Positions 40,470 to 49,800 of a stretch of 64,000 nucleotides of DNA are shown in pieces; the stretch's first letter is position 1; each line of letters starts with the position of its first letter. The position numbers and the translations under genes are program-made. The notes under the pieces were generated by a model. That model searched no databases. It was not told the DNA's origin and saw only the letters and a program-made list of their open reading frames with translations. Source of the stretch: Mayamaea pseudoterrestris (taxonomy: Eukaryota); assembly GCA_027923505.1 (NCBI GenBank), contig BROI01000033.1:186001-250000 (forward strand). The letters run 5' to 3'.

Positions 40470-40697
40470 AGTAGTGATGTAGATTACCAGTTTTGAACCT
40501 CCAACTAGCTGCAGCGTGGAACAAGGCACGTGAAGTCGTCGCTCATGACATAATGATTTTGCTCGTTGCAATTAAATAATGACAATATAAAAGAAAGCAG
40601 TTCAAATCATAATTAAATATATATGCAGCGTGTGTTCGTGTTATGTATAGATAGTGGACATATAATCACTTCGTCGCCTTTTCCCTCGCAAGCGAAG

Positions 40698-43497
40698 CTA
40701 TGACTTTCCGTTCCATCTGTTCCGACCGAAATTGCACAGCCGACGAACAAGACCTTGACTTGTATCGTCTGGGTCCTTATTGTCGTGGATGACATCGCCG
40801 CTGATAATCGGCTCGGTCGGAGACAAGGTTTGTCCAATGCTGTACGGCTCAATGGACGCAATTAAGGGGAACTCGACTGGACCTGCGTTCACCACGCGGA
40901 CAACGTTACCGTTACCGGGCGTTTCGATGACCATATACAAAGGTCGTGCCGATCCATCTTCTGAGTAAACATGAACAGATTGTTTTGAATTTGTTGGACC
41001 TTGCATCAACTCTATCGTTGCGTTAATCGGAAGGCCGTCTGTCCGCAAAAGCACCTGGACACTTTCGACCGACGCATCAAATGCATACGTCTTGAGAGCG
41101 CCGCCGTGAACCGTCTTTGCGCCGGTCTCAAAGTTAGACGACGCAGCCGACGGGAGTGCAGTGGCGACTCGTTCGTCTTCCTCCGCAACAATGTTGGCCG
41201 CCAATGGAAATTCGAGCAGACCAGAATTGCGAACCGAGACAGTATTGGGACCAATTGGTGTTTCAAAGACGGCGGAGAACGGCCGCTCATGTCCGTTTTC
41301 GCAGTATACTCTCATTTTGAACGGAACGTCATCAGGGCCACGCCAAAGATTCAACTCCGCATTCAAGGGTCGACCGCCAGTCTTTAACGCCACGTGAATA
41401 CGCTCAATCGCGTGATTTTTGAACGACCAAGTTTTTAGAGAGCCGCCTTGTACGGGCGACGCCTCGGTCATGTCCGAAATAAGTGCTGCAGGAGCCTTGT
41501 GAGCTCGAGTCACTTCTCTTTCTAATAAAGGGCGGACTTGTTTTCGCTCGTGGTAGTTTTTGGCAAGCGTCTCAATGGCTTGCGAGCGACGGACACTAGC
41601 CTCATGCGCCCGCTTGGCTCTATCCGCATTCCCTTGCAGCAGAGAATTAAAGCGGTCCTCGAAGCGTCGTCGCTGAGTCTGTAAAAATGCGAGAAGGAAA
41701 AAATGAGTGAGCGTGGAAAACTCGTTGCACGATCAAAGGTGCACATATACTCACAGTTTGCCTCGATGCTTCCATTTCCCGCGCCATATTGTGATCGTTG
41801 GTGGAGATTGTCACATCGTAATCACCGCTACTCGAGGATGCAATCACGTCGCTTCGCTGGTCTTCTCGCATGGGAATGTTTCCAAAGACTTCGGTCCGAG
41901 GTATGTAGCGAATGCCGGCGCTGTCCGACAATTCCGGCGCTCCGCCACCGCCATAGTACGATGACTGTTTAGTTCGTTGCAATGGTGCCGATGACATTGT
42001 TCGAACATCATTTCGAGGCGGTGCTCGTGTATCACCTGGCATGGTCCGTGCCATTGGAGCAGGTTTGGTCGGTTTCACAAGTCTCGTTGCTTCAATAATC
42101 GGCTCGATTGCAATATCTCCGTCATCCGTTTCAATATACGGCAATGGCATAGGCGGAGCAGGAAACATGCCCGTGACTGGTGCCTGTCGTGAGTACTTGA
42201 CTGCCTTTACTGCGAGTTCACTCTTTTCGGGTGCCTTGTACGGCATGGGAATGGGTGGAGCTGGAAATTTATTAACACTTGAAACTCTTGTACTCGTCGT
42301 TGGAGCTTTATATTGTGTGTCAAGTCTTTTAGATTGGAATGGTACTGGCCGGGCTGGGAAAGATGTTGCCGACGAAACTGGAATATCCTTAACGGAGTTA
42401 AACTTGATGCTATTGCCGTCGGCCAAAGAAGATTTCTTTTCACCATTCGAATTTTTAGACAGTGCTTGGTAAGTGGCGTCTCCTTCAGAAAGACGCGATA
42501 CGCCATAATCGTCAATAGGTTTGCTCACGGGCTGTGGCGAATTTGACTTTGATGCAATGCTTCGTGACAAGTTTTGTTGCAGCGACTCGAAAGATTGTCG
42601 TGGCGCACTGCTGCTGCTAGCTGACGAAAATTTCGTCCGCGACTTTGCTTCTGATTCACTTTTGCTAGCTGCTTGAGAACGCGACGGTGTTTCCGTCGAA
42701 GGTCGAGTTGACTGTGTCGGTTCCGCTTGCTGCTTCACCCCAGCGAAAGTCGTTGGTTCGTGCGTTTGATGTTTCTCCTGCGGTGTCGCCGTCGAAAGCC
42801 CCGAAAGAAAGCCATTGAATCCACTATCCGCGACAGCCTTGTACTTTGTTCCGCCACTGGCTGGGCCATATGACTTCTTTGGAGTTGCAGTTGCAGCAGC
42901 ACTTGAACCGGATGTACCTGACGATGACATGCTGCTAAAGTAATCTCCGGCTGAACCAATGGAAGCTGCTGCAGCGTTGGAGCTTTTAAAACCAGTCTCC
43001 TTTGGCCGATTTCGAGCTGTAGCAGATGATTCGCTAAACCTTGACGATCCTGTCATACCAGTAAAAGAGTCTCCAGCAGGCGATGCATCGGTTGCTGTGG
43101 CTCTCGACTCCAGTTGCGGGCGCTGCACCCTTGATGTCGACGATGACGAAATGTCTCTGGCATCCAGTGAGTACTTTCTAGGATCCATCTTCGCCGCAGT
43201 CCTTTTGGTCTTGTCATATGGATTCTTGAGAATCTCGTCGTCGTCAAGCGGTCCCAAGTTCTCGTACATGCTCCAAAAGTCCGTCAGGTCGGATGTACCG
43301 GTAGAGGATGCAGGAGTCGCAATCGGCCTTGCTGTCGACGGAGGAGCAAGCGTCGCGGTTGCCTTGGTAGCTGTAGACGAAGACGACTTCTGCACTTGCT
43401 GGAGTTGATCCAAGTAGCTTCCAAAGGCTTCGCTTGTTCGAATGGCCCCGCTGGCAAGCAGCAAAAGTTGCAGCATGTTGCTAGAGACGCGCGTCAT
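40698..43497 (-). CDS. PyShell: Spliced ~907-aa protein: plastid-type presequence, ~600-aa Ser/Thr/Ala/Pro-rich disordered region, C-terminal PyShell-like two-repeat domain
   Basis: Exon 1 is 43497-41755 and exon 2 is 41678-40698, separated by a 76-bp phase-0 intron (GTGAGT...TTTTTACAG, 41754-41679). Exon 2 reads without stops into the 40698..41513 ORF. The C-terminus has two homologous halves (VQGGSLKTWSF..GRPLNAELNLWRGPD..RPFSAVFETP..EFPL and VHGGALKTYAF..GLPINATIELMQGPT..RPLYMVIETP..EFPL) that match my recollection of PyShell CR1/CR2. N-terminus MLQLLLLASGAIRTSEA-FG. Confidence 0.8.
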
Positions 43498-43796
43498 GGT
43501 GGAAAGGATTGTGATATGCTGGCTGCAGTAGTAGTGGACGAGACGCAGCAAGATAAATGCAAGCGACTGTCTATCGTCTGCTTGGTGTCACGCTCGAGGA
43601 AAGGCTTGCGTCTTGTAATGTTCTGTGGCAGCAGCTCGCCTTCTTCTAAGGCGGTGTCGACTGCGTTTCTCGCGGCAATCGAATTTTGGGTGCGCCCCTT
43701 GCGAGGTGGCATCAGGAACGGCGAAAGTTGACCGACGTGGCCAAATCTGATATGACCGTGACAGTATCTTTCAAAGGTACTTAAATGATTGACATT

Positions 43797-44239
43797 TAAG
43801 ACTGGCCGGATAGAAATCCTGCGGATGACGTCATCAAGCGCCGGACGGACGTCACGAGAAAACTTCAAATCAAGTTCGCGTCGCCCTTTTTCACCAACGC
43901 GCAAAGCAGCGACAGTGCAACAAAGCTTCTACATCAATCTAAAGACAACCAACTAGCAATTTATAAAGAAAGATGCTGGCGCAGACTGGTCCCGTCGCTT
44001 GAGTATAGATTCTTTGGGGATGTTGAGGTGCGGAACGATTTTCGCTCAAGCGCGCAAGTGCGACATCCATCGGTACTCGACTGCGTCTTGGGATTGCTCG
44101 CGCACCTCCTCTCCGATTTTTACTCGTTGGTAACCGTTGGAAAGCCCGTCGAGTCGTGAATGAAATGTGATGCATAACTAAAAAACGTCAAAATGGTCAT
44201 CGTGACGTCATCCGCAGGATTTCTATCCGGCCAGTCTTA
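43797..44239. mobile_element. MITE-like non-autonomous DNA transposon, ~440 bp, perfect terminal inverted repeats, probable TA target-site duplication
   Basis: TAAGACTGGCCGGATAGAAATCCTGCGGATGACGTCA (43797-43833) is the exact reverse complement of 44203-44239 (37 bp including the outer TA). No credible internal gene. Confidence 0.85.
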
Positions 44240-45240
44240 TTTTTTGGCTCATTCGTTTTCACGTCAAACGAGGCTCTTTGTGAGTCATGGTGTGACACAT
44301 TAGAGAAAGCGTGACGTGCTGCGCGAGCAGGGCGAACAGGAGAGCAACAAGGTCACGAATTCATTCGGCCATGGCGCCCTCAATATTGGCGTCCATGCAG
44401 GCCAGACCACCTGATGCATCAATGGGTCAGCTATAATTTTGACAGGCAATCTGCTCAATGCGACGGTTGATAGAGATTGGATCAATGCGCGATTCGCAGG
44501 TGAAACTCACAGGTGAAGCAACGACGCCATTGACTTTCAAGCGGCCTTGAATGATGCATTATTTGAAACGCAAACAAGCTTCGATTCTCCGTTCCTTCAG
44601 CAACCGGCAAACCGTCTCATGACTAGTCCAGCTCGTCGTCGCTGACTGCCTTGCTGCAAACAGCAAACAGTCAGTCGCATCGAATCCAATGGCCATTTCT
44701 ATTAATGGCAACATTGTTTTGAATTCTATGATAGTCATTGGAGAGCTGAGATTGTGACTGAACAGTCATGTTTTGCTTTCATTGTGCGAGGCAAATGGAG
44801 ATGAGTCGCTCGTGGATGTGCCATGTGAAAACATAGGCGCTTGCTGGCTACGGTGAATGGCGAGTGCGAATGCATCGTAGACTTGGTTCAACGACGAGCG
44901 AGTTTCGTTACAATACAATGTGAGCGTAACAAATGTCGGCGGCAATAATCTGTGGGTGCAGTCAATGTTAAACACAAACATGGATCATAGTTTGCAACTG
45001 GCGGACGCCAAAAAACACTGCTTTGCTTCCAGCAGCCGTTTCTTGGTCAGAGATGTAAGAGCACATCTGAGCTAGTGGTACGAATAAACATGTAGGGAGT
45101 ATGTAAAAATACGGCATGTATTGTAAACAGCAGCTTATACAAGTCTGAACTCGTAGCCGCTCACAGGCCTCCAATTCGCCCATGGTCGTTTCTTTTTCAC
45201 AAGTATTGCCCGGCGCCAACTTTATTCGACAAACTCACCA

Positions 45241-46809
45241 TCAACGCTTTCCTGCAACAACTGATGTAGCCCAGCGCCACCATTTCTTGACAGACCCACC
45301 AACGCTTTTCTGCAATGCCCGAATACGCTTTACCATGTTGTATCTACGTCGCTTGCGTCGCTTGTGGCGATCACAGAGCATCGGATTCTCGCGACTCAGG
45401 TGGTAAAAGAGGCAGTCCAAATCATTGCTGACTGCTCCGAGTACTTTTGCTCCCGCCATTTTGTCCATGGCATCCCTAATGAGGTATTTACGACCCCCTT
45501 TGTTGAGTTGCGGAATGATTTCCACGCTCTTTTTGAACTCTGGGGTCCACGGATCCATCGTCTGTGGATGGGAGCGACCAAAGGCAGCCACCGTTTTAAA
45601 ACGAATGCTGCGAATCGTGTAATTCTTCTTCAGGGCTTGAACAAGCAAGGGCGCTGAAACAATTTGAGCATCGTCCGTAGAGCCAAGCGGCTTGCAGTGC
45701 ACAACAATTTCCTCGAGACCTCGATTCAATGGATCAACGCAATCAGCCAAGGCTTGGTCCAGTTCTGGGAGATAAGTGTGGAAACTAATCCCTAAATGTT
45801 TGAGCTGACGGCAATGCGCAACGGCTCGCACTAGCTGAACATTGGCTTGATCGTTCGCCAGCTTGTATGCAACAACAGCGGGATCATTTGGGTCGCGATA
45901 AAATAGGCGGCCTGACTTACTGAAGAAACCCATGTCCAATTTCTCCAACTGCGTCATGGTGTGAATGTGTTCCGCCAATAGCGTCAAAAAGTTCATGATG
46001 GTACTTTCGACAAAGGATAGGCTAGAGAATCGAATATCCTTGAGGTTGGAAGCAACAATGGCGTTTGCTAGCAAGACTGGTTCCGCAAAGGTGCATCCCG
46101 TCAAGTCCAAGCCGTTAATCTTTGTTTCAGTCAGCGCATTGCAAAAGATTTGTTGAAACTCTGGCGTTTCAAATTTCAAAAAATTCAGCTCGAGCTTGAG
46201 TAATGGATTGGTATGTCCCATGTTGAGCAGATCAGCGACAGCCCGAGCCGCCTCTGGCGAACTAATCACTTCCAGCAGATACCACTTTTCCAAAACCACC
46301 TTGGTGAGCGATTGAATCGTATGGAGCGCTGGTAGAATCATTGGATAGTACTTGACTGGAAGAGTGAGGCACATTCTTTCAAGGCTCGAGTGATTGGTTA
46401 GCGCTGCAACAAGCTCCATGCGAGTCGCTTCATCAATCTTTCGAATCGATAGACGGATGCTCTCCACATGCGGCATGCTCCTGAGAATCGAAACATGCCG
46501 TTCGTTCATTTCAAAGTCTTTGGTATCGTAGAAAAGCACCGTAATTCGACGCATGCAGCCAAGTGCTTGGCAAAAGATGGAAAATGAGCGCTCCATGGAT
46601 TGGCTGTTCAAACGAGGAAGCGGTCCAATGTCCAGCATGCGAACCGACGACTGCTTCATTGCCGTCAATGTTTCATGTAAATGAGCTTCGCGTAGACTCA
46701 AAATGTTAGAGACAAGAGAGGAATTGACTGACAGCCACCACTCCCAGGATGTGAGTTTCTGGATGAATTCAACATGAGTCTCGTTTTCAAGCCATTCGAT
46801 GGAGCTCAT
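45241..46809 (-). CDS. Leucine-rich repeat (RNI-like) protein of a diatom-expanded family, 522 aa
   Basis: Degenerate LxxLxL repeats (LERMCL, LTKVVL, LEKLDM, LKHLGI). The C-terminal LKKNYTI...LNKGGRKYL...VSNDLDCLFYHL.RENPMLC resembles this family. Confidence 0.8.
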   Translation of the reverse strand: MSSIEWLENETHVEFIQKLTSWEWWLSVNSSLVSNILSLREAHLHETLTAMKQSSVRMLDIGPLPRLNSQSMERSFSIFCQALGCMRRITVLFYDTKDFEMNERHVSILRSMPHVESIRLSIRKIDEATRMELVAALTNHSSLERMCLTLPVKYYPMILPALHTIQSLTKVVLEKWYLLEVISSPEAARAVADLLNMGHTNPLLKLELNFLKFETPEFQQIFCNALTETKINGLDLTGCTFAEPVLLANAIVASNLKDIRFSSLSFVESTIMNFLTLLAEHIHTMTQLEKLDMGFFSKSGRLFYRDPNDPAVVAYKLANDQANVQLVRAVAHCRQLKHLGISFHTYLPELDQALADCVDPLNRGLEEIVVHCKPLGSTDDAQIVSAPLLVQALKKNYTIRSIRFKTVAAFGRSHPQTMDPWTPEFKKSVEIIPQLNKGGRKYLIRDAMDKMAGAKVLGAVSNDLDCLFYHLSRENPMLCDRHKRRKRRRYNMVKRIRALQKSVGGSVKKWWRWATSVVAGKR

Positions 46810-47255
46810 GATTATTGATAATGCCGTACTATCGGAAGTAGAATATTATGAGCTTGCTTGCTGTTTGCTTGTATAACGTATGAGAAGAAGACAAGAGGAT
46901 CCTTCTGTATATTGCATTGATTGCGATGGAAGCGGCGGCGCAGCGGATTCTTCGCCCGCGCAACGCGACTTTGAGCGTCGCCGAGTGTCGCAACGCGACT
47001 ATTCCCCTTCGTGGAGCTGCACGATGACATAATATTATCATGTAAGTGACGCAGTTTTCACTAATGATGACGCACTTTTCATTGGAGCGAAACGCTCGGC
47101 GCGGCGATGGCCATGGCAAAAACGCAGAGCGGATCGACAAGTCCTTTTGCTTCCTACTTGTACGGATGAACAACTCTCTTGCTCTGCTTTGCTTTGCGTA
47201 CCATATAATATTGCTGACGTTCATCGTCTGATCAATCAATTTACGACGAATTAAC

Positions 47256-49727
47256 ATGTCACGGTGGTTGCAGAGCATTGGAAACGTTTTGGAGAAGCTG
47301 GATGATGGAGCTTCCCAAGCCATTCGCGAAACACTTGCACCATCAACTAATACTACCGCTATTAGCAATCAATATTACGAGAGCAGCGATAATGAGGAAG
47401 ACGAAGACGAATATTATGACGAAGATGATTTGGAGGAAGGAGAAGAAATGGACGACGAGGACGAGGAAGAGGTGAATGACGCAGATGCTGCAATCAACAA
47501 GGAGACTGTCGTTGTCAATGCCAGAGACGATATGCCTGTCCAAATGGAACAAGATGAGCCGCAAAATGTTATTGTCCAAGAGACGGAAGCTGCCAAGGAG
47601 CCTGGCCAAGAGACAAGTAACGCTGCAGCGAATCACGCAGCCGCAAAGACGGAAAAGCTACCTCCATTTACTACTGCGTTGACGTCGGCGGAAGAACCTG
47701 CATTGCAGACTCATCATCTAGTGGAGCCTACTGTAGAGCGAGCGAGTCAAGATGCGATAGATGCACCAGCTACGGCAGAAACGATGTCGACTGCCAAGGA
47801 AAGCAATCTGGTAAAAGAGACAGGAGCGGCAGCGGCATTTGCACATGCAGCGCCGGTGACTTTAACGATGCCGGATGAAGCTTCAGCAGCTACAAAAGCT
47901 TCCTCTCTTTCGTCACCGAATACTTTTAATGAAGACTCGTCCAAATTTTCTTCTATTTCATCATCCGTTGGTTCTGTTATCGACAAGGATAGTAGCCAGC
48001 AAAAGCAGGCTGATGCCGAGCATGCTCGTCTCCAGCAAACCATTCATGCGCTGGAACAACGGTACCGAACCGATGTTTCCAAACTCACTGATCAAATGGC
48101 GCGCATGGAGCAGCAACACAAGCAACAAGTGCAAACGATGAAGCAAAAGCATAGTCAGTCCAGTCAGCAACATGCGCAGCAACAAGATGCACTTTCGAAA
48201 CAAGTCGAGTCGCTCCAGTCGCAACTAAACCACGCCAATAACGAGTTGACGGCGCAGCAACGCGAGCTTGACCAGGCTGCACATGACATTCAGCAGGAAC
48301 GACAAGCCTGGAAGGAGGAAAAGCAAGAGCTGATGGAGGAGCAGGAGCAGGACCGTCTCGAATGGCAAGCGCAATTGTCGGAAACGCAGCGTGGTCAAAG
48401 CGATCAGCACCAGCAACACATACAGACGCTGCAGATGCAGCTGCAGGAAGCGACGCGACAATCCAAAGCGCAGCAGATTGAAGCTAATAAAAGGCTTCAA
48501 GCATCGGTTGCGAGAGAGGAAGCTTTGCAGACTCAAGTTGGCGAGCTACAAACGCAACAATATGCACTGGAGCAGCAACTTGCGCAAGCGACGCAAGCAA
48601 ACACTCAACTTGATAGTTCGTTAAGTGCTCTATCAAGTTCCTTGAGTCAAGCTCAGGAGCGGGAGCGGGCGGCGGAGCAAAAATTGGATGTCGCGTTGGA
48701 ACAGCATCAGCGTCAAACCACGCAACGAATGGCTCGCCAGGTGGAGTTGGAGCAGAATGTTCAGGAATTGAGCGAGGCATTGTCCAAGCAACAGCACTCA
48801 ATATCCCAGCAGCAGCCGTACAATGTAAACGACGCTACGACGACGACTTCCTCTGGTGGACAAGAGACTGGCGAAGTTTCGTGGAAGCAAAAGTATGAAA
48901 CTGTCGCCAATGAACTCGACACGCTCCAATCGCAGTTCCAGTTGAGTCAGCAGCAATGCCAGGCGATTCAAAATGAGTTAAACGACATGTCCAAAGAGCG
49001 CGAGATGGAGCTGGCGCATGCTACTAATCGTCAACGACAGCAGGATGCTGTTTTGGAGGACATGACGGGAAAGCTGCACCGGTTAGAGTCGACGTTGCGT
49101 GAACGACAGCAGAATCATACTGGCGCGGCAAGTACTGCAGCAGCAGATTATAATCCAATAGCTACTGGTGCGAACGGACATGCTTTGCAACGGGCTATTC
49201 GGGATGCTGAGCATGCCAAGCAACAAATGGCAGCACTGTCGGACCAGCTCATGCGTCAGCAAGGCACTGTTGATTCATACAAGGCAGAAAATCTCGCGCT
49301 AAAAGGCAGGTTACAAGCAGCCAATGCCAGAGCGGATGCAGCAGAGATTCAAATGTCGTCGGAAATGGAGAGTGCCAATGAAGGACCGTACGGACCGACG
49401 CCATCCAAGAATCGCCGACGAGTCAAGGGTGGGCGCTACGGCCGCGGGTTTTCCTCTCGATCAATGCGGGCGACGCTGGGTATGAGAGCAGCGCCAGTGG
49501 GAAGCATACAAGAACAGATCGGCGGCACGGTGGACGCATTTGACAAGTGGTTGCTTGACACGGGCGAAATTTTACGAAGCGAACCTGTTGCTCGGGTGGC
49601 TTTTACTGCCTACATTGCCGTGCTGCACGTTTGGTGCTTTGCTCTTGTGGCGTTTCACACAGTTCAGTCTGAACACGCCGACATCGGAGTCTTGACAAAC
49701 CGAGCTGCACCACTGCATCATACTTGA
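47256..49727 (+). CDS. Golgin-84 (GOLGA5)-like coiled-coil tail-anchored protein, 823 aa
   Basis: N-terminal MSRWL...LEKLD motif, long Q/E-rich coiled coil, and C-terminal D....G..LR..P.ARVAFTAYIAVLHVWCFALV transmembrane segment typical of golgin-84. Confidence 0.85.
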   Translation: MSRWLQSIGNVLEKLDDGASQAIRETLAPSTNTTAISNQYYESSDNEEDEDEYYDEDDLEEGEEMDDEDEEEVNDADAAINKETVVVNARDDMPVQMEQDEPQNVIVQETEAAKEPGQETSNAAANHAAAKTEKLPPFTTALTSAEEPALQTHHLVEPTVERASQDAIDAPATAETMSTAKESNLVKETGAAAAFAHAAPVTLTMPDEASAATKASSLSSPNTFNEDSSKFSSISSSVGSVIDKDSSQQKQADAEHARLQQTIHALEQRYRTDVSKLTDQMARMEQQHKQQVQTMKQKHSQSSQQHAQQQDALSKQVESLQSQLNHANNELTAQQRELDQAAHDIQQERQAWKEEKQELMEEQEQDRLEWQAQLSETQRGQSDQHQQHIQTLQMQLQEATRQSKAQQIEANKRLQASVAREEALQTQVGELQTQQYALEQQLAQATQANTQLDSSLSALSSSLSQAQERERAAEQKLDVALEQHQRQTTQRMARQVELEQNVQELSEALSKQQHSISQQQPYNVNDATTTTSSGGQETGEVSWKQKYETVANELDTLQSQFQLSQQQCQAIQNELNDMSKEREMELAHATNRQRQQDAVLEDMTGKLHRLESTLRERQQNHTGAASTAAADYNPIATGANGHALQRAIRDAEHAKQQMAALSDQLMRQQGTVDSYKAENLALKGRLQAANARADAAEIQMSSEMESANEGPYGPTPSKNRRRVKGGRYGRGFSSRSMRATLGMRAAPVGSIQEQIGGTVDAFDKWLLDTGEILRSEPVARVAFTAYIAVLHVWCFALVAFHTVQSEHADIGVLTNRAAPLHHT

Positions 49728-49800
49728 AGTACTACGCAATAGCTCCTGTTGATGCTCATCAATTCAATTTCTGATTTGTTTTACTTGATTAAAAATAAAA

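Noticed and set aside
41647..43551. 634-aa ORF and 271-aa ORF (40698-41513) as independent genes
   Set aside because: A canonical intron joins them in frame, and the downstream ORF has only a GTG start and no presequence.
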